The notes under the pieces are model-generated. The model was not told where the DNA came from. It saw nothing but the letters and a program-made list of their open reading frames with translations, and searched no databases. A stretch of 64,000 bases of DNA, taken from IMG/VR virus record IMGVR_UViG_3300031555_006030; one strand, given 5' to 3'. Positions 9,294 through 20,465 of this stretch are shown here, one piece after another (the stretch's first letter is position 1; each line of letters opens with the position of its first letter). The stretch is from a virus. Made by a program: the position numbers and the translations under genes.

Positions 9294-10373
9294 ATTTATG
9301 TGACTACCGCAGGATGGAAAAACAGCTTCGCATACGAGAAACTTATAGAACTTCTTATTCGTCAGATTATCTACCCTGATGAAGCAGTTGTTATGGGTGG
9401 AACTTGGCGCATTCCTGTTATGGAAAAATTATTGAAGAAAAGTTTTATTGAGGAATTAAAGCTTGATGGAACTTATAATGATGCATCTTTTAGCCGTGAA
9501 TATGAGTCAGAGTGGTCTGGAGATGCCGAAAATGCGTTTTTCTCTGCAGAAAAGTTTGATAAACATCGTCAATTATTACAGCCAGAATATGAATTCTCTG
9601 GCCGCACCTCTAAAAATGGTTATTATGTATTAGGAATTGACGTTGGCCGTTTTAAATGCACTACAGAGGTATGTGTATTTAAAGTTACTCCATAGATATA
9701 GGGCGCTGCACATAAATCTTTAGTTAATCTCTATTCTTATGAAGCAGAGGACTTTGAAGCGCAAGCTATTAAAATTAAGAAGTTATTTTATAAATACAAG
9801 GCGCGTATTGCGGCAATAGACGCGAATGGTCTTGGCGCAGGTCTAATTGACTTTATGACAAAAGGTCAAGAAGATCCAGAAACAGGAGAATATTTACCTC
9901 CTTTTGGAGTTGAAGGCGGAACCTCAGACGAGTTTAATGAATAGTATAAGAAAATTAAGGGTCCCGGTGTTGAGGAAAATGCTATGTATTTAATTAAAGC
10001 TAATGCGCCTATTAATACAGAAGCACATACTTATGTTCAAACTCAATTAGTTGGTGGTAAAATTAATTTATTAATAGATGAAACTTAGGCTAAAACTAAA
10101 TTGATGACAACTAAGATGGGATAGGAAATGGATGCGGCCAAGCGCGCAGAGTATCTAAAACCTTTTACTTTAACCACCATCTTGCGCGAGCAATTATTAA
10201 ATTTAGTAGAAGACAACGAAGGTGTTAATATTATTCTTAAGTAGTCTTCAAGAAGTATTCCCAAAGATAAATTTTCTGCTTTTGAATATGGTTTATATTA
10301 TATTAAACAAGAGGAAGATCGTAGTAGAAAAAGAAAGAAAAGAAACATATCTGAAATGATGTTCTTCTCGTAA
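9294..10373 (+). CDS. terL: terminase large subunit, nuclease domain (exon 2)
   Basis: IYVTTAGWKNSFAY matches the motif III consensus (iiSTPnG.NhFY). YVLGIDVGR marks the start of the RNase-H-like nuclease domain. It is in frame with ORF 9300, spans several TAG codons and ends in TAA at 10371. Confidence 0.6.
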
Positions 10374-10445
10374 CAAAATTTCGGACAATTTTAAATAAAC
10401 TATATTACACATTTTTTATATAACAATAGTAAAGGAGTGATACAA

Positions 10446-10802
10446 GTGAAAGCAAGTCGCGGAGAGATTAAAATTTGTGATATTTTAACTGAAGCGGGTG
10501 TCTCTTTTACTGAAGAATATTCATTTCCAGATCTTGTTGGACATACTAAAACCCCTTTGCGTTTTGATTTTGCGGTTTTAGATGATGATGGAGAAGTTGA
10601 TTTTTTAATTGAATATCAAGGTATCCAACATTATGAGCCCAAGTCTAAATTTGGCGGTGTAGCAGGTTTACGCCAATAGCAATACTATGATATGTTAAAA
10701 AGGGAATATTGTAAAAAACACAATATTCCCTTGGTTTTAATTCCTTACTATGACGAAGGAAGAATAAACTATGACTATATTTTTAAGGCTGCTGGTTATT
10801 GA
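10446..10802 (+). CDS. small PD-(D/E)xK/DUF559-like nuclease-fold protein
   Basis: The pattern DFAVLDDDGEVDFLIEYQGIQHY is present. One TAG codon; ends in TGA. Confidence 0.4.
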
Positions 10803-10827
10803 CAAGATTTAAAATTTTGAATATAAT
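10799..10827 (+). promoter_or_regulatory. consensus sigma-70 promoter immediately upstream of the portal gene
   Basis: TTGACAagatttaaaattttgaaTATAAT has a 17-nt spacer. Confidence 0.6.
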
Positions 10828-10844
10828 ATTTAGAGAAAGAAGAG

Positions 10845-12455
10845 GTGCTTAACTTGAATAACAGAATACAAGAGATTCATTCTAAAGGTTTTGATATAAG
10901 CACCCCAAGAAGTGCTCCAGTAGATGGAAATGTTATTCCAGAGTTGGACTATTCAAAGATAAAAGTAGGAATTAGACATCTTGACGACGCAGTCGTTAAT
11001 TTGGGTAATTATAAGAAACTTGATCCTCGTATGACAAAAGAGCGTATTTAGCAGGCTATTGCTAGAGGCGATATAGAGTTTATGAGAGAGGCTTCTGAGT
11101 TCTACTTTAAAGTAAGTGGTATTTATTCTAGACTTTGTAAACACCTTGCTAATTTTTATAGATACGACTGGTTCATTATTCCTTATGCTACTTCAAATAA
11201 AGTTACTCCAGATAAGATTATTGAAGGTTTTGATAAAAATAGTGCTTATCTCGATGCTTTTGGCGTAAAAGAGTATTTTGGCGAAGTGGCATTAAAAATA
11301 ATGCGCCAAGGGTGTTATTACGGATATATTATTGAGGATACAGATACTGCGCAAGTGCAAGAGCTTTTGCCAAGATACTGTAGATCAAGATATAGCGTAA
11401 AGGGACGTCCGGCAGTAGAGTTTAACATGAAGTTTTTTGATGACTTCTATAAAGATAAAGATCAGCGCCTTCGTATCTTAAAAATGTTTCCACGAGATTT
11501 TCAAAAAGGATATACTGCTTATATTAATGGATAGTTAATTCCAGACTTTCCTGGAGATACTGCGGGATGGTATTTGCTCGACCCAGAGCATACTATGAAA
11601 TTTAATATTAATGGCGAAGATTATCCTCCTTTTATTTCGGTTATTCCACATATTATTGATTTGGATGCCGCTCAAGAGTTGGATAGAAAGAAAATGGCTC
11701 AAAAGCTTCTCAAAATCATTATTTAGAAAATGCCATTAGATAAAAATGGCGATTTGATATTTGATGTTGATGAAGCACAACAGCTTCATAATAATGCTGT
11801 TAGAATGTTAGGTAAGGCTATTGGTATTGATGTATTAACAACTTTTGCAGAGGTAGAAGTTGCTGATATGGCAGATAAAAATACTGCTACTACTATTGAT
11901 GAATTAGAAAAGGTTGAGAGAACCGTTTATAATGAATCTGGTACTGCACAAAATTTATTTAATACCGATGGTAATATCGCATTAGAAAAGAGCATTCTTG
12001 ATGATGAAGCGAATATGTATAACCTTCTTCTTCAATTTTAGTCATTTTTAAATTATATTATCAAACCTTTGAATAAAAATCCAAAAAAGTTATATTATAA
12101 AGTTGAAATACTTCCTACAACAATTTATAATTATAAAGATATGTCAAAAATTTATAGAGAACAAAGCGCGCAAGGCGGCTCTAAGCTGCTTGCTAGCATT
12201 GCTTTAGGACAATCTCAATCGGCAGTTTTAGCAACTGCAAAGTTTGAAAACGAGGTTCTTGACATTTCTAGTCTCTTCCAATCTAAGCAACAAAAAGAAG
12301 AGGCAAAAGCAAAAATTCAAAATAGCAACAAACCTGCTGAAAATAATGAAAACAAGTAGGAAGAAGTTGTTGAAAAAAAGAAAGTCGGCAGACAAGAAAA
12401 GCCTGATGATCAAAAAAGCGAAAAAACAATTCGCAATAAAGAAGCTATGAGCTAA
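10845..12455 (+). CDS. portal protein (SPP1 gp6-like)
   Basis: Four in-frame track segments (10845, 11082, 11730, 12069) are separated only by TAG. YSRLCKHLANFYRYDWFIIP is a portal-like segment. TTG start; ends in TAA. Confidence 0.75.
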
Positions 12456-12472
12456 GGAGAGGAGAAACGCAA

Positions 12473-13894
12473 ATGCATAAATCAGTTGCTACGATAAGCT
12501 CTCCTGAGTTTATCAATTTACAACCCCTTGATATCAATCCACTTATGAGCGCCTGTGAGATTAAGGTCTTATATGTCGGTGAAAATCGAAACAGATCCTA
12601 TATTACCAAAGATGTCGCAACGGAAATGGCGAAGACATTACGCGGCGCGCCCATTGTTGGTTATTATAAGGAAGAAAAAGAAGACTTTAGAGACCATGGC
12701 CGTGAAGTTATTATTGATGACGAGGGCATTAAATTTAACTGCAAAACCGTTCCTTATGGTTTTGTAGCTCCAGACGCAAAGGTATGGTTTAAAGAATTTG
12801 AAGATACCAATGATTTTGGAGAAACTATTTTGAGAGAGTATCTAATGACTACTGGATATTTGTGGACCGGTCAATTTGAAGAGTGTAAGTCCGCCGTTGA
12901 GAGTGATGGCAAGCCGCAATCAATGGAATTGGATGAAGATACCTTACAAGGGCACTGGGAAACCAATACTCGTGGCATGGATTTCTTTATTATAAATGAC
13001 GCAATTTTTTCAAAACTTTGCATTTTGGGCGATGACATTGAGCCTTGTTTCGAAGGCGCTAGTGTTACTGCGCCAAATGTTAGTGCGTCTTTTACAAAGG
13101 TAGACGATACCTTTAGACAAACATTATTTACTATGATGCAGGAACTTCAAACTGCATTACAAGGAGGTCAGCAAATGAACAACGATGTTGTTGAAAATGT
13201 TGTTGTCGAGGAGCCTGTAGTTGAGTTTAGCGCTGAGCCTGAGTTTGAGCCGGTTGTTGAACCTAGCTTTGAGCCAGAGCCTGAGACACCAGCAGAACCT
13301 TCTTTTGCTGCATCACAAGAGCCAGTTGTTGAAGATGCGCCAGTCGTTGCTGAAGAGCCTGTGACTGAGCCTGTTGTGGATGAACCTGTAGTTGAGCCAG
13401 TTGCAGATCCAGAACCTGCGGCTGAACCTACTCCTATGGATCCTGAACCGGCGTCCGCGCCTTCTATAGAGGAGCAGTTTACTGCGCTTCAAGCAGAGTA
13501 TGCAGATCTTCAGAGTAGATTCTCTACTCTTGAGTCTGTCCACAATGATCTTCAATCTAGATTCTCAACTCTTGAAACTGCGCATGCAGAACTTGTTGAA
13601 TTTAAAAGACTAAGTGACGATGCAAAGAAAGATGAAATGATTGGAAAATTCTACATGCTTAGCGATGATGATAAGGCAGATATTATTTCAAACAAAGCTA
13701 ATTACACTGTAGAAGAAATTGAAGAAAAACTTTCTGTAATTTGTTTCAGAAAAAAGGTCAATTTTGAATTAGAGGATAACTCTAAAATTAATAATAAAAT
13801 AGAGCAACCAGCTGTGACATTTAATGTGTCCGACCTTGGCGTTGCTTCTAAGCCCGACTGGTTAAAAGCAGTCGATAATGCGAAAAATCAATAA
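12473..13894 (+). CDS. scaffolding protein (acidic; EPVV and LQSRFSTLE repeats)
   Basis: A 473-aa uninterrupted ORF between portal and capsid, with a coiled-coil/acidic repeat region and no TAG codons. Confidence 0.55.
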   Translation: MHKSVATISSPEFINLQPLDINPLMSACEIKVLYVGENRNRSYITKDVATEMAKTLRGAPIVGYYKEEKEDFRDHGREVIIDDEGIKFNCKTVPYGFVAPDAKVWFKEFEDTNDFGETILREYLMTTGYLWTGQFEECKSAVESDGKPQSMELDEDTLQGHWETNTRGMDFFIINDAIFSKLCILGDDIEPCFEGASVTAPNVSASFTKVDDTFRQTLFTMMQELQTALQGGQQMNNDVVENVVVEEPVVEFSAEPEFEPVVEPSFEPEPETPAEPSFAASQEPVVEDAPVVAEEPVTEPVVDEPVVEPVADPEPAAEPTPMDPEPASAPSIEEQFTALQAEYADLQSRFSTLESVHNDLQSRFSTLETAHAELVEFKRLSDDAKKDEMIGKFYMLSDDDKADIISNKANYTVEEIEEKLSVICFRKKVNFELEDNSKINNKIEQPAVTFNVSDLGVASKPDWLKAVDNAKNQ

Positions 13895-13914
13895 TTTTAA
13901 GGAGGACATATAGC

Positions 13915-14436
13915 ATGGCTACTACTATTAAGCGTATTGGATTTGGTCAGGTTGAGCCTAATCATTTATCCGCTCAAAGAAATGGTCAAGTTTACGCACA
14001 ACTTCCTTGTAATAAGGATATCGCTATTCTTGAGAATGGTCAGTTCGTAAAGTATGACTATAAAACTGGCGAAGTTAACTTCACAGGCGCCGGCGAGTGG
14101 ATGCTCGTTATGAATGAAGTTAAAATTTATGATGCAAGAGAGTCTTATAAAGATTTTGCTCTTGTAAAGACAAATTATGATGATGGAATTATGGTTCCTA
14201 GAGTTCTTGCAACTCATGTTGGAGATATTTACACTACAAACTGCCTTGAGAAGGGAAATACTTCTGGTAAGGCTGAACTTGTTGGTACTGAGGAAATTGA
14301 TGTTGGAACCGAGCTTAAGATTAACGCTCAAGGTTTCCTTTCTACCGAAGGTACTAGCGATATTGTATTCCAAGTTGTAAAAGTTTATACAATGCCTGAT
14401 GGCCAACAAGGCATCAAGGTTATGCGTATTCAATAA
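13915..14436 (+). CDS. hypothetical head protein (possibly decoration)
   Basis: 173-aa ORF with no TAG, located between the scaffold and capsid genes. Confidence 0.4.
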   Translation: MATTIKRIGFGQVEPNHLSAQRNGQVYAQLPCNKDIAILENGQFVKYDYKTGEVNFTGAGEWMLVMNEVKIYDARESYKDFALVKTNYDDGIMVPRVLATHVGDIYTTNCLEKGNTSGKAELVGTEEIDVGTELKINAQGFLSTEGTSDIVFQVVKVYTMPDGQQGIKVMRIQ

Positions 14437-14456
14437 TAAAAGGGAGGGAAATAGTA

Positions 14457-15494
14457 ATGGCATTAAATAGAGAAGATTTACGTACATTAGCAATGCAGAC
14501 AGCAGGCGCTAATCCTTCTGCTCCCGTTGCATACTCGTTTAGCGGCACTAATTATAGTTATGCAGATTTAAACCAAGCTCTTCGTAATGAGTTAAAAGAG
14601 CTTGTTGGTTCATATGCTCTTTGGAGAGAAAATCATAATGTTGTGTTTGCACTTATGGAAGAAATTATCACAGATAAACTTCCTGCCAAGGTTATGCAAC
14701 AATATGGCGCCTTCGCTGAAATTAAAACTTATAAACAGGGTGAAAAGCCTATCTTTACTCAAAAGATTACTGAGGCTTCTCGTAGACGTGCAAAGCAATT
14801 CGTAACCAAGGTTGGTTCTGCTGGTCGTTATGAAGTTTTCAAGCTTGATGGTCGTAGCTACGAAGTAACTACATCGGCTATCGGTGCAGCTTGTCAAATC
14901 GCTATTGAGGAATTCCTTGATGGACGCGTTGATATGGCTACCCTTATCGACATTATTATGGAGGGTATGGATGACAAGATTTATCTTGAAATCGCTAATG
15001 CTCTTATCGCAACTGTTGAGACAATTCAGACTGCGAATAAGTTTAAGACTGATAAGTTTGATGAAGGTGAAATGGATGCGCTTCTTGCAGTTGCCGATTC
15101 TTATGGTAATGGCAGATCTACGATCTATTGCACATTTGAGTTTGCATCTACAATGATTCCTGCAGAGGGTTGGGTATCTGACACAATGAAGGATCAAATG
15201 TGGGCAAATGGTTACCTTGGTAATTACAAGGGACATCAAGTAATTGTTCTTCGTCAGTCTTTCACTGATGAAACAAATACAAAGAAAGTCATTGATCCTG
15301 CTTATGCTTGGATTATTCCTGGCGGAGCTGAAAAGCCTGTTAAGATTGCCTTTGAAGGTGATACTTGCATTAAGGAAGAGGATAATGATGACTGGTCTAA
15401 GGGCATTCACTTCTATAAGAAGGTTGGAGTTGCCGCTATCGTTAATAATGATATTTGTGTTTATCAAAACACATCTCTCACACTTGATAGATAA
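14457..15494 (+). CDS. major capsid protein
   Basis: 345-aa ORF in the expected position, followed by a strong terminator. No TAG. Confidence 0.65.
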   Translation: MALNREDLRTLAMQTAGANPSAPVAYSFSGTNYSYADLNQALRNELKELVGSYALWRENHNVVFALMEEIITDKLPAKVMQQYGAFAEIKTYKQGEKPIFTQKITEASRRRAKQFVTKVGSAGRYEVFKLDGRSYEVTTSAIGAACQIAIEEFLDGRVDMATLIDIIMEGMDDKIYLEIANALIATVETIQTANKFKTDKFDEGEMDALLAVADSYGNGRSTIYCTFEFASTMIPAEGWVSDTMKDQMWANGYLGNYKGHQVIVLRQSFTDETNTKKVIDPAYAWIIPGGAEKPVKIAFEGDTCIKEEDNDDWSKGIHFYKKVGVAAIVNNDICVYQNTSLTLDR

Positions 15495-15504
15495 TTAAGA
15501 TAAA

Positions 15505-15550
15505 GCAAGAGGGAAGAGAAGATATACTTCCCTTCCCTCTTAAATTTTTT
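15505..15550 (+). terminator. rho-independent terminator after the capsid gene
   Basis: An agagggaag...cttccctct stem is followed by TAAATTTTTTA. Confidence 0.5.
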
Positions 15551-15573
15551 AGGAGATAAAAGGAGTTAAAAAT

Positions 15574-16152
15574 ATGTTAAATAACACTGATAAAATTAGA
15601 ATTGAAAATAGATCTAATTCTATTGTTTCGTATCATGTGCCAGAATCCAATACTATTAGACGTTTTGTTGGAAATGAAGTAAAAGAAGTTTCTATGGGAG
15701 AATTGCGTCAAGCGATTCAAATTCCCGGCACTAGAAGATTAATTGAAAGTGATTTAATTATTCATAGCAAAGAAGCAGTCGATGAATTGCTACCTAATGC
15801 TGAGCCCGAATATTTTTATAATACTAAGGATGTAGAGTTTCTTTTAGAGCGTGGTACACTTGATCAGCTTTATGATGCTCTTGACTTTGCGCCAGAGGGT
15901 GTCGTTCAACTAATTAAAGATGAAGCTGTTAAGACCAATCTTAATGATATGCGCAAGAGAGAGGCTATATTAGAGAAAACAAACTTTGATGTTACTAAGG
16001 CTATTGAAATTAGACGCTTAAGTGAAACTGCAGTTAAAACCGAAGTAAAAACAAGACGCGCAACCCCTTTAACTGAAGATGCTGTTGAAAATAAGTCTGA
16101 AACACCTACAAGACGCATGAGCGCGCCTAAGTATACTATCGTCAAAGAATAA
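15574..16152 (+). CDS. hypothetical structural protein
   Basis: 192-aa ORF with no TAG. Confidence 0.45.
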   Translation: MLNNTDKIRIENRSNSIVSYHVPESNTIRRFVGNEVKEVSMGELRQAIQIPGTRRLIESDLIIHSKEAVDELLPNAEPEYFYNTKDVEFLLERGTLDQLYDALDFAPEGVVQLIKDEAVKTNLNDMRKREAILEKTNFDVTKAIEIRRLSETAVKTEVKTRRATPLTEDAVENKSETPTRRMSAPKYTIVKE

Positions 16153-16178
16153 TATATAAAGAAAAGGGGTGATTAATA

Positions 16179-17142
16179 ATGAATATTATTATACCATCAC
16201 TTGATTCCGTTAAAATAACAGAGACAAATTCTGCGTCTTTAACTACAACTAAAATATTTATTATAAGTAATTATATACCACAAACTCTTATATTAACAAA
16301 TACTGCTAAGCAAGAGTTTAATTGTATTTTAATTAGAGATGAAAAGCAAGATAAGTTTTCTTTGGGTTTAAATTGCTATTTAATAAGCTCTAAAGAAAAT
16401 ATTCCTGCTGGAGGATATACGGGAAAATTAACCGTAATAGAAGATGTTGAAAATGCTACTTAGAAAATAATTGATCTTGGATCTTTTGAATTTTCTTCAG
16501 GATTAGTAGATGAACATGCTCCAATTTATATTAAAGAAAGAAGAATTGGGGAGATTACTACACCAATTTTAGCATAGGATTTAAATTCTCAATAGATTAT
16601 TTTCTATATTTAGAAATCTTATGATGGAATATCTTTTTTGGATGAAACAAAAACTGTATGGGTAGATTATATACCAGCAGATTTTGAGCCTATTTATGAT
16701 CCAAACACTGGAAAAACATTAGAATTTTTATCGTCAAACGACGTAGAAGTTGATGATGCTAATCCTGAACCCGAAAGTGGAATTGATTGGATTAGATTAA
16801 TATGGGATGTTCCTAAAGCTGCAATGAGAGCTCCTGGAGAGGTTAAGTTTGCCATTTCTGTTTTAAACAGCTTTGCAAAAGAAACCTAGTCTGTAAGTTA
16901 TGTTTGGCAGACTTTTCCATCATCTTTTATAGTATATAAAAATCTTGGTTCTCGTCCTGAACTTCCAGTAGAAAGTCAAGATGACAGTGATTTTGCAACT
17001 GAACTTGATAATCGTGTTAAAGATTTAGAAAAAGCAGTAGACGCCTTATAGACTTTAGATAATACATCTGATAAAACAGATTATAAATTTGAATTAGGCG
17101 GAGGCGGAGCAGACTCTGTATTAAATGAGGAGGCAACGACAT
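16179..17142 (+). CDS. hypothetical structural protein (six TAG codons)
   Basis: ORFs 16179 and 16638 share a frame and are joined through TAGs; the gene ends in TGA at 17140. Confidence 0.45.
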
Positions 17143-17755
17143 GACTGATTTAAATGTTATTTATAACAGCTTTCTTGATTAGATTACAGATGATATGTAT
17201 ATGGAATTAACAAAAGAAGAAACAGAAAGTATGCTGTTTAATCTTTTTGAAAGCGCCTTACCGTGGTTTGAGTTTCCTCGTTTTGATTTATTTAGTTATG
17301 ATAAAGAGTTTGGCATGTATAAAGCAAATTTAACTTATGAAGAGATTAAAATTATCTCAATCTATATGATCGTTGAGTGGATTGGACAATAGTTAGCAAA
17401 TATTGAACTAGTTCGCATGAAATATAGTGGTAGTGATTTTAAGTTTACTTCTTAGGCTAATCATATGCATAAGCTCAAAGATATGCAAAAGGAATATGAG
17501 AGAAAAGGATTCCATTTGCAAAGACTATATAAGCGAAGAAAAGCAGATATAAATGGAGTTATGAGATCTACTTTTGGAAGTATAATGGATCCTCCTCAAA
17601 CACCTGTTTTCATAGACAGTGTTGCCGCTAAAAACGCAATTGAAAAATTAAATGAAGAAGTAAAAGGATTGCAACAATTTGTTGGAAATCAAGCAAACAC
17701 TAATCCTACTGATGATGAAGAGGTAATTATCTCTGGCGGAAAAGCTTTATAGTAA
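17141..17755 (+). CDS. head-tail connector/adaptor-like protein
   Basis: ORFs 17195 and 17465 are in frame with the ATG at 17141. TAG codons are present; ends in TAA. Confidence 0.45.
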
Positions 17756-17767
17756 GGAGATATTGCC

Positions 17768-18085
17768 ATGCTGTTAAAGTACGATTTTAATATTGATAAC
17801 AATGCAATTCAAGCAAATCTTAAGAGATTAACAAATCAAGTTTATAAATTGCTCCCAATAAGAGAAGAGGGCGCCGATTGGTAGAAACCTTTAACCACTA
17901 TCTTAGAGGAGTTGTCTGGAATGGACAGTTTGTTTTTCGGTCAACATACTGTTTTATTTACTTTAATCTGTAAGCTTGAAGGACTTTTTAATTTAACTGA
18001 AAAAAATGATTTCTTATTATATCGAGGAATTATTTTTGAATGTTTAAATCTATTAAGTGAGTTAAATAAAATATGTCAGGTTTAA
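17768..18085 (+). CDS. hypothetical head-tail joining protein
   Basis: ATG at 17768; one TAG; ends in TAA at 18083 and overlaps the next gene's start. Confidence 0.4.
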
Positions 18086-19098
18086 CGGATTTACAAAAAA
18101 GATTAAACTATCGCGGCGGCGCGCGATAGATAGACCGAATGATTGCGGATAAAGAACGAAGCTTAAATAAGGCATTACTTTATTCGTATTAGTCTGCAAC
18201 TATTGAATTAGTTAAAAACGGCAATTAGTTTAGATGTTTAATTAATCCAAACAAACTTACAATGGAAGCAGACGATAAAGTTATTTCAATACCTTTTGAA
18301 GATATCTGTCTCAATACAGAAAAACCCGAAGGTGAAATTACTTCAACTGGTAAGTAGAAGATTGATTTAGCCGTTGGTGATGTTGTAAAGTGGAAAGGAA
18401 AAACAGAAGATAGAGATACTTATTGGATTGTTTATTCTTAGTATTTACAAGAGACTGCCTATTTTAGAGGTCAAATGCGCCAATGTGAATCTGAGCCTAT
18501 TTCTATTAATGGAGTAGATTATTACTTCTATCTTAAGGGTCCTGATGAGAAAGGAATCGATTGGCAAAAATCTAAGCGTTTTATTTTTAACGATTTGAAT
18601 TATTCGTTAGAAATTTATATTACTAAGACAATAGAATCAAATGAGTTCTTTCAAAGATTTAAAAAATGTAAAGTCTTAGGGAAAAATTGGGAAGTACAAG
18701 CAGTTGACAGATATTCAACTGATGGTATTTTGATTGTTTATTTAAAAGAAGATTATGAGAATAAATGGGAAGATGCGCCGGACCAGGTTGAAGAAGATAT
18801 TATCTAGTCTGAACCAGAAACGCCAGCTACATTTGGTCTTAAACAGGCACCAGCGCCTGTTTCTCCAAGCATTGAAGGGCCAAATGAGGTATATCCTTAT
18901 GACATCGCTTCCTATAGCATTCTTAATGCAACTGGTGGTCAGTGGTTTTTAAGCAACAAGCGCGCCCGCATTAAGAGTTCTAATGATTCTTCTGTTGTAG
19001 TTGAGATTACTACTGGCAGAAGTGGTAGTGTTAGCTTAATATATAGAGTTGAAGGTATGAATGATATTACTTATAATATTAATATACTTTCATTATGA
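18073..19098 (+). CDS. hypothetical tail/neck protein with a C-terminal Ig-like region
   Basis: In frame with ORF 18475; six TAG codons; ends in TGA. Confidence 0.45.
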
Positions 19099-19115
19099 GA
19101 TAAAAGGAGTTTGTT

Positions 19116-19685
19116 ATGCAGAGAAATTTAATTGATACAAAACCATTAACTTCATCATTTCTTTCTTGTGAAAAAGATACGGAGCTTATTTTACGAAAGC
19201 TTTTTGTTGAGTCTTGTCAACATGGAGAGACTCTTAAAAAATTATTAGTAGTTTAGGCGCCAGATGTTCTTGACAAGAATTATGATGTAAGTGAGTATAC
19301 ATTAAAAAAGCTAATTGATGAAGAGTATATTAATATGGATCCTCTTATTAAGTTGCCAGAACATGCTCAAATCAAGGCTTTTATGGGACTTCATTTTGAT
19401 AACTTTACACCCAATGCAACGAATCCAGAGTTTAGAGATTCTATGATTCATATTGATGTTGTTTGCCACCATGACCATTGGCATCTTGGAAACTATCGTC
19501 AAAGACCTTTTAAAATTTTAGGTTAGATTGATGGTATTTTAAATAAGAGTAAATTGACCGGTATTGGTCAAATTAATTTTGTAGGATGTAGTAAAGCGGT
19601 TCTTAATGAGGATTGGAGTGCTTTTGCGCTAACCTATATGGCAATTCATGGAAGCGAGGACAAGATTCCTTTTGTTGAAGAATGA
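19116..19685 (+). CDS. hypothetical tail-completion-like protein
   Basis: In frame with ORF 19335; two TAG codons; ends in TGA. Confidence 0.45.
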
Positions 19686-19686
19686 G

Positions 19687-20424
19687 TTGGTTTTACTCTC
19701 TGGAGCAGATATTCCTTTTGTTGAAGGAACTGTAACCATTCACTAGCCAAAATTATATGAAATCTCTATGCTTGGAGAAGAGGCTTTATTTATTGGCTGT
19801 GAATTGTTGCGTTTTAGCAAAGATATATTAAATATTGAGGACAAAAATAGATTAATCAATTAGAAAGATTTTAATATATTAATGTCGATAATGAATGATA
19901 ATAGTGAATCAATGATATTTAATGTATCTTGTGCAAAACAAGTGTTAGAATTAATTTTCCCATTGTATGAAGTTATTTATACTCCAATGGCAATTTTACT
20001 TGTTGATCGGAATGATAGCACTACTTTGTGTGGAGAAATTAATTCAGAGAATTTTGATGCTTTTAAAGATATCTTAAATTAGATGTTTTGTTTAAAAAAA
20101 GCATCCTCTGCGCCTACTTATAACGCGTAGAGCGAATTAGCGAAACAGATTGCGGAAAAGTTTAAGCGTAGACAACAAAAGCTTGCCGAATTATAGTCGT
20201 CTACTAGTAAAAAGAAAATTGCAGTCTTTAGTAGATATATTTCGATATTAACAGTTGGATAGCATAAGGATATGAATTCTTTTATGTAGTACACTGTTTA
20301 TCAATTATTTGATGAATTTCAGCGGTGGGAGCTTAAAGTAGCTTTTGATAGTTATGTATAGGCGCGCATGGCTGGGGCAAAAGATTTAGAAGAACCTTAG
20401 GATTGGATGAAAGACCTCCATGAA
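19687..20424 (+). CDS. hypothetical protein (tail terminator position)
   Basis: TTG start; in frame with ORF 19882. Codons were checked one by one; six TAG codons; ends in TAA. Confidence 0.4.
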
Positions 20425-20465
20425 TAAAAGTTCTTAATATTAAAATTATAAGGAGGATAAGTCCT

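Noticed and set aside
12244-12450. Lys-rich 68-aa alternative-frame ORF at the end of the portal gene
   Set aside because: It lies inside the stitched portal reading frame and is a product of A-rich sequence.
13966-15467. Long minus-strand ORFs (175 and 285 aa) across the capsid region
   Set aside because: They are antisense to the major capsid gene, are Ile/Asn/Leu/Ser-rich, and are not supported by the gene order.
19682-19735. ATG at 19682 overlapping the upstream TGA as the start of the 19687 gene
   Set aside because: That frame terminates after 17 codons. The long frame continuous with ORF 19882 begins at TTG 19687.
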